A stretch of DNA of 64,000 bases from Desulfatiglandales bacterium. GTDB taxonomy: Bacteria; Desulfobacterota; DSM-4660; Desulfatiglandales; Desulfatiglandaceae. A program made the position numbers and the translations under genes. Location of the stretch: assembly GCA_963662465.1 (NCBI GenBank), contig OY759599.1:1440001-1504000 (forward strand), read 5' to 3'. Each line of letters opens with the position of its first letter. Within the stretch, counting starts at the first letter, position 1. The notes under the pieces are model-generated. The model was not told where the DNA came from. It did not search any database and worked only from the letters and a program-made list of their open reading frames with translations. Shown here one piece after another: positions 60,670 through 64,000 of the stretch.

Positions 60670-62841
60670 ATGTTTTCAATCATACCCAAAGACGATGCCC
60701 GACAGGCATTGCGAGTCCGGCGGAACCTCCTGGCTATCGGCATGGCCGGCGTGCATCTGATGATGTGCTGTGCCATGTATTATCGAGGGCTTTTCCGGAT
60801 TTCATTCACTGAATTTATCGTTTTCAATATCTTCCTGTGGATCGGGCACTTTTCCATCTTCGCTATCATCAGAACCGGGTTCAGCCAGCGGTTCTTCGAC
60901 CCGAGCCTGACCTTCGCGCAAATATTATGGACGGCAAGCTGCGTTATGTTGACGGCCTACTTTCTCAACGACTTGCGTCCGGTGGTCCTGATGCTGTTCC
61001 TTGTGGGAATGCTCTTTGGTTTTATGCGTCTGAATTTCAGGGAATTCATTTTTCTGAGTCTTTATGCCGTCATCCTGTACGGAGCGGTAATCGGTCTTCT
61101 GTACCGGTTTCATCCACGGGCTATTGACGTGGGAAAGGAGATTGTTGTGTGGTGTTCCTTTTCCCTCGTCACATTCTGTTTTGCATTGATGGGACGTGAA
61201 GTCAGCCGGATGAGGGAAGCACTGCGCGCCCAAAATATTCAGTTGAGCGGGGAAATCAGCGAGAGAAAACGGGCTCAAGAGGAGTTGCAGTTTAAGAAGG
61301 CATATTTTGAGGGGCTGGTGGACAATATGCCGGACGGCATTGCCATATTCGATGATGAAGGGATCATTACGGAGATCAACCCCCAGTTCATGGAGATGTT
61401 TGGATACCTGGAGGAAGAGGCCCTGGGGAAGCACATCAGCGAGCTTGTGGGGCCGCCGGATCGATCTAAAGAAGTCAACGCTTACCGGCGGGAAATCGCT
61501 TCGGGCCAATCGCTGAATGTGGAAACGGTTCGCATGAAAAAGGATGGCGCGCGGATCGACGTATCCTTACGGTCCGCCCCCATTGTCGTTGACAATGCGC
61601 GAGTGGGACGTTTTGTCATTTACCGGGACATCTCCCCCAGAAAACAGGCTGAAAGCGAAAGAGCCAGGCTGGAATCCCAACTTCAGCAGTCCCGGAAAAT
61701 GGAGGCCATCGCCACCCTGGCCGGGGGGATTGCTCATAAATTCAATAACGCCCTGACGCCCATCATGGGGCATATCGGCCTTCTTGAAATGAAATATGAT
61801 GAGGACGAGGAAACAGCCGCAAGCCTGGCGGATATGAAGGCCGCGAGTCGTCATGTGGCGCATCTGACCAGCCAACTGCTGGCCTATGCCAAGGGCGGAA
61901 AATACCAGTCTCGGACCGTGTCCCTGAGCGATTTTGTGCAGGGGGCCTTGCCTTTAATCCGACCGTCCCTGGATTCACGGGTGCGGTTGGATACGGATCT
62001 GCCGGCAACCACAATGGACGTTAAAATAGATCCCACCCAGATGCAGATGGTACTGTCGGCCGTCGTGGCCAATGCCAATGATGCTATTGAGGGAAAAGGG
62101 CGTATCCGGATTTTGGTGGGAGATGCGCAACTTGACGAGGCCTTTGTAAAGGTTCATCCGGGGTTTGAGCCCGGCGCCTACGTGGCCCTTACGGTAGAGG
62201 ATGATGGCAAAGGCATGGATAAAGAAACCCAAACCAGGATTTTTGAGCCTTTTTTTACCACCCACTTCATTGGTCGGGGCCTTGGCATGGCGGCGGTTTA
62301 CGGCATTGTCACCAACCATGGCGGCAGCATCACCGTGGATTCGGAATTGGAAAAAGGGACCACTGTCAGGATCTATCTGCCGGCGGTAAGCGTGGGAAGC
62401 CGGAACCTCGGGATGAAACCCGCCGGAGAACCCATTGCGAAACCGGTCATGGGCCGGGGAAACATCCTGGTCATAGAAGATGAAGCGTCGGTAATGCAAT
62501 TGACCCGTGCCGTACTGGAAAGGCTGGGGTACGGTGTTTTCGAAGCCGAAACCGGGAAAAAGGCCGTTGAGACGGCCCGTGACCTTAATGTGAAGATTGA
62601 CCTGGTTCTCCTGGATATCAAACTGCCAGATATGACGGGGAACCAGCTGTATCCACTCATCATGGAAGCCAGACCGGATATGAAGGTGCTTGTCTGCAGC
62701 GGCTACTCTCTGGACGGTCCCGCTCAGGAGATCCTGAATGCCGGGGCCGAGGGGTTTGTTCAGAAGCCGTTTTCCATAGCGACACTGTCCGCGAAGTTGA
62801 AGCAGTTGTTGGGTAACACGGTCCATGAAAATCAGTCCTGA
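60652..62841 (+). CDS. Membrane PAS hybrid histidine kinase-REC
   Basis: About six TMs, PAS, LAGGIAHKFNN, PFFTT, REC. Confidence 0.92.
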   Translation: MKVRSEMFSIIPKDDARQALRVRRNLLAIGMAGVHLMMCCAMYYRGLFRISFTEFIVFNIFLWIGHFSIFAIIRTGFSQRFFDPSLTFAQILWTASCVMLTAYFLNDLRPVVLMLFLVGMLFGFMRLNFREFIFLSLYAVILYGAVIGLLYRFHPRAIDVGKEIVVWCSFSLVTFCFALMGREVSRMREALRAQNIQLSGEISERKRAQEELQFKKAYFEGLVDNMPDGIAIFDDEGIITEINPQFMEMFGYLEEEALGKHISELVGPPDRSKEVNAYRREIASGQSLNVETVRMKKDGARIDVSLRSAPIVVDNARVGRFVIYRDISPRKQAESERARLESQLQQSRKMEAIATLAGGIAHKFNNALTPIMGHIGLLEMKYDEDEETAASLADMKAASRHVAHLTSQLLAYAKGGKYQSRTVSLSDFVQGALPLIRPSLDSRVRLDTDLPATTMDVKIDPTQMQMVLSAVVANANDAIEGKGRIRILVGDAQLDEAFVKVHPGFEPGAYVALTVEDDGKGMDKETQTRIFEPFFTTHFIGRGLGMAAVYGIVTNHGGSITVDSELEKGTTVRIYLPAVSVGSRNLGMKPAGEPIAKPVMGRGNILVIEDEASVMQLTRAVLERLGYGVFEAETGKKAVETARDLNVKIDLVLLDIKLPDMTGNQLYPLIMEARPDMKVLVCSGYSLDGPAQEILNAGAEGFVQKPFSIATLSAKLKQLLGNTVHENQS

Positions 62842-64000
62842 GTGGGAACGAAATCCGGATACCTTTTCCAACGGTATCTTTTTTACCGCCTTCTGTTTGG
62901 CTTTTATGGCATTGGCCCTGTTTTTCGCATTGTTGCGACATCAAACTGATCTGACCCTGTTTGCGTTGGTGGTGATCATGATGGGCGTCGGATTGAGGCT
63001 CTGGAGTTCATTCAGCACCCACGGGTTGACGTACCGGGTTCAGATTGACAAACGGAAGGTGTTTCCCGGGGAGAAGATCGATTTCGCGCTCACCATCGAG
63101 AACCATAAACGCCTGCCGGTTCTGGCTAAAATCAGGCTGAATCTTCCTCGATCCCTGGTCTCCGGGAACGGGGATTTGCGCATCAGTGAAAACCGCGGCA
63201 TTCTTTGGCATCAGAAGATATCCTTTCATCGGGAATTGTCGCCGATCAAAAGAGGGTTCTACAAGACCGGGTCGGCACAATTGATAACGGGGGATTTTTT
63301 CGGCTTCTTCCCCAGGCCCACCCGGGAGCAGCAGGAAATGGATATCCTGGTATTTCCCCGGCTGATACCCCTTAAACCCTTTCCCATCCTGAAGCGAATC
63401 CTGTTTGGAAAGCAGGCGAACGTGAGCCCCATACACGACCCCATCCATATCCTGGGGACCCGGGACTACCAGAGTTTCAGTCCGGCCGGCAATATCCATT
63501 GGAAAGCCACAGCACGCCATCACAAACTGCAGGAAAAGATATTTGAAGTTACGGAGCAGGAAAAAGTCTTCATCATCCTTGAAGCCGAGGGATTTTTGCA
63601 TCAAGCGGATGAGGCGGCCTTTGAGCGCGTCATTGAAGTGATTGCGGCATTGTCCTTTGAAATGGATGCGCGTCACTATGCCGTCGGGTTTCTGACAAAT
63701 GGTTTCATGAATGACGGGGGACCGCAACTGTTGCCGGCGGCGCGAAATTCGGGCCACATTTCAGATCTTTTTGAAATGCTGGCAAAAATCGATTTTAAAG
63801 TGACCTGCAAAATGAATGATTTGCTACAAAGGACATTATATGCTTTTGCCGGAACGGTTTGTTTGTATTTTTCATATAAGCCGCCGGCTGAATCCTTTCC
63901 CTTAGCGCCCCTGATGAACATCATTGCACAACGTCGTTGCGCAGATCCGGCCACGGATAAGGACGGCAATCCCACGTTTTCTCACGGGTATCTTGAGGAT
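62825..64000 (+). CDS. DUF58-domain protein (runs off window; absent from ORF track)
   Basis: RVFPGE-like KVFPGEK, RG.Y....L.TGDFFGFF, LVFPRL, GTRDYQ...IHWKATAR. Confidence 0.88.
   Translation, partial: MKISPEWERNPDTFSNGIFFTAFCLAFMALALFFALLRHQTDLTLFALVVIMMGVGLRLWSSFSTHGLTYRVQIDKRKVFPGEKIDFALTIENHKRLPVLAKIRLNLPRSLVSGNGDLRISENRGILWHQKISFHRELSPIKRGFYKTGSAQLITGDFFGFFPRPTREQQEMDILVFPRLIPLKPFPILKRILFGKQANVSPIHDPIHILGTRDYQSFSPAGNIHWKATARHHKLQEKIFEVTEQEKVFIILEAEGFLHQADEAAFERVIEVIAALSFEMDARHYAVGFLTNGFMNDGGPQLLPAARNSGHISDLFEMLAKIDFKVTCKMNDLLQRTLYAFAGTVCLYFSYKPPAESFPLAPLMNIIAQRRCADPATDKDGNPTFSHGYLED

Noticed and set aside
1..64000. tRNA or rRNA genes
   Set aside because: None recognised by eye, including next to gltX; tRNAscan-SE was not run.

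Overview
A 64-kb bacterial chromosomal window. The gene content suggests an anaerobic Desulfobacterota-like organism, which is inference only. Positions 1-30.7 kb form an accessory, heavily eroded region. It holds about eight toxin-antitoxin loci, many end-to-end gene fragments, internal duplications, nested palindromic (REP-like) elements, a LytTR two-component system between two exported lipoproteins, a YhaO/YhaN-like nuclease-ATPase pair, a complete group II intron inserted in a REP-like hairpin, and an NHLP-type RiPP precursor behind a large alpha/beta-hydrolase lipoprotein. Downstream of gltX lies a signalling block: a Ser/Thr kinase-AAA-GAF-His kinase and a response regulator-adenylate cyclase. 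It is bracketed by copies of a 154-156 bp inverted-repeat element, one solo copy and a tandem array of 12 near-identical copies (period 201-203 bp). A 13th copy is expanded and carries a GxxExxY (PD-(D/E)XK-like) gene. The short units are exactly that gene-bearing element with about 360 bp of the gene missing; this is the most striking feature of the window. The rest is mostly signalling genes, a B12-radical SAM RiPP-maturase-like gene, small exported proteins, HicAB, and a MoxR-DUF58 operon with a hybrid kinase inserted at the gene overlap. Family calls come from motif recognition in the translations, not from database searches.
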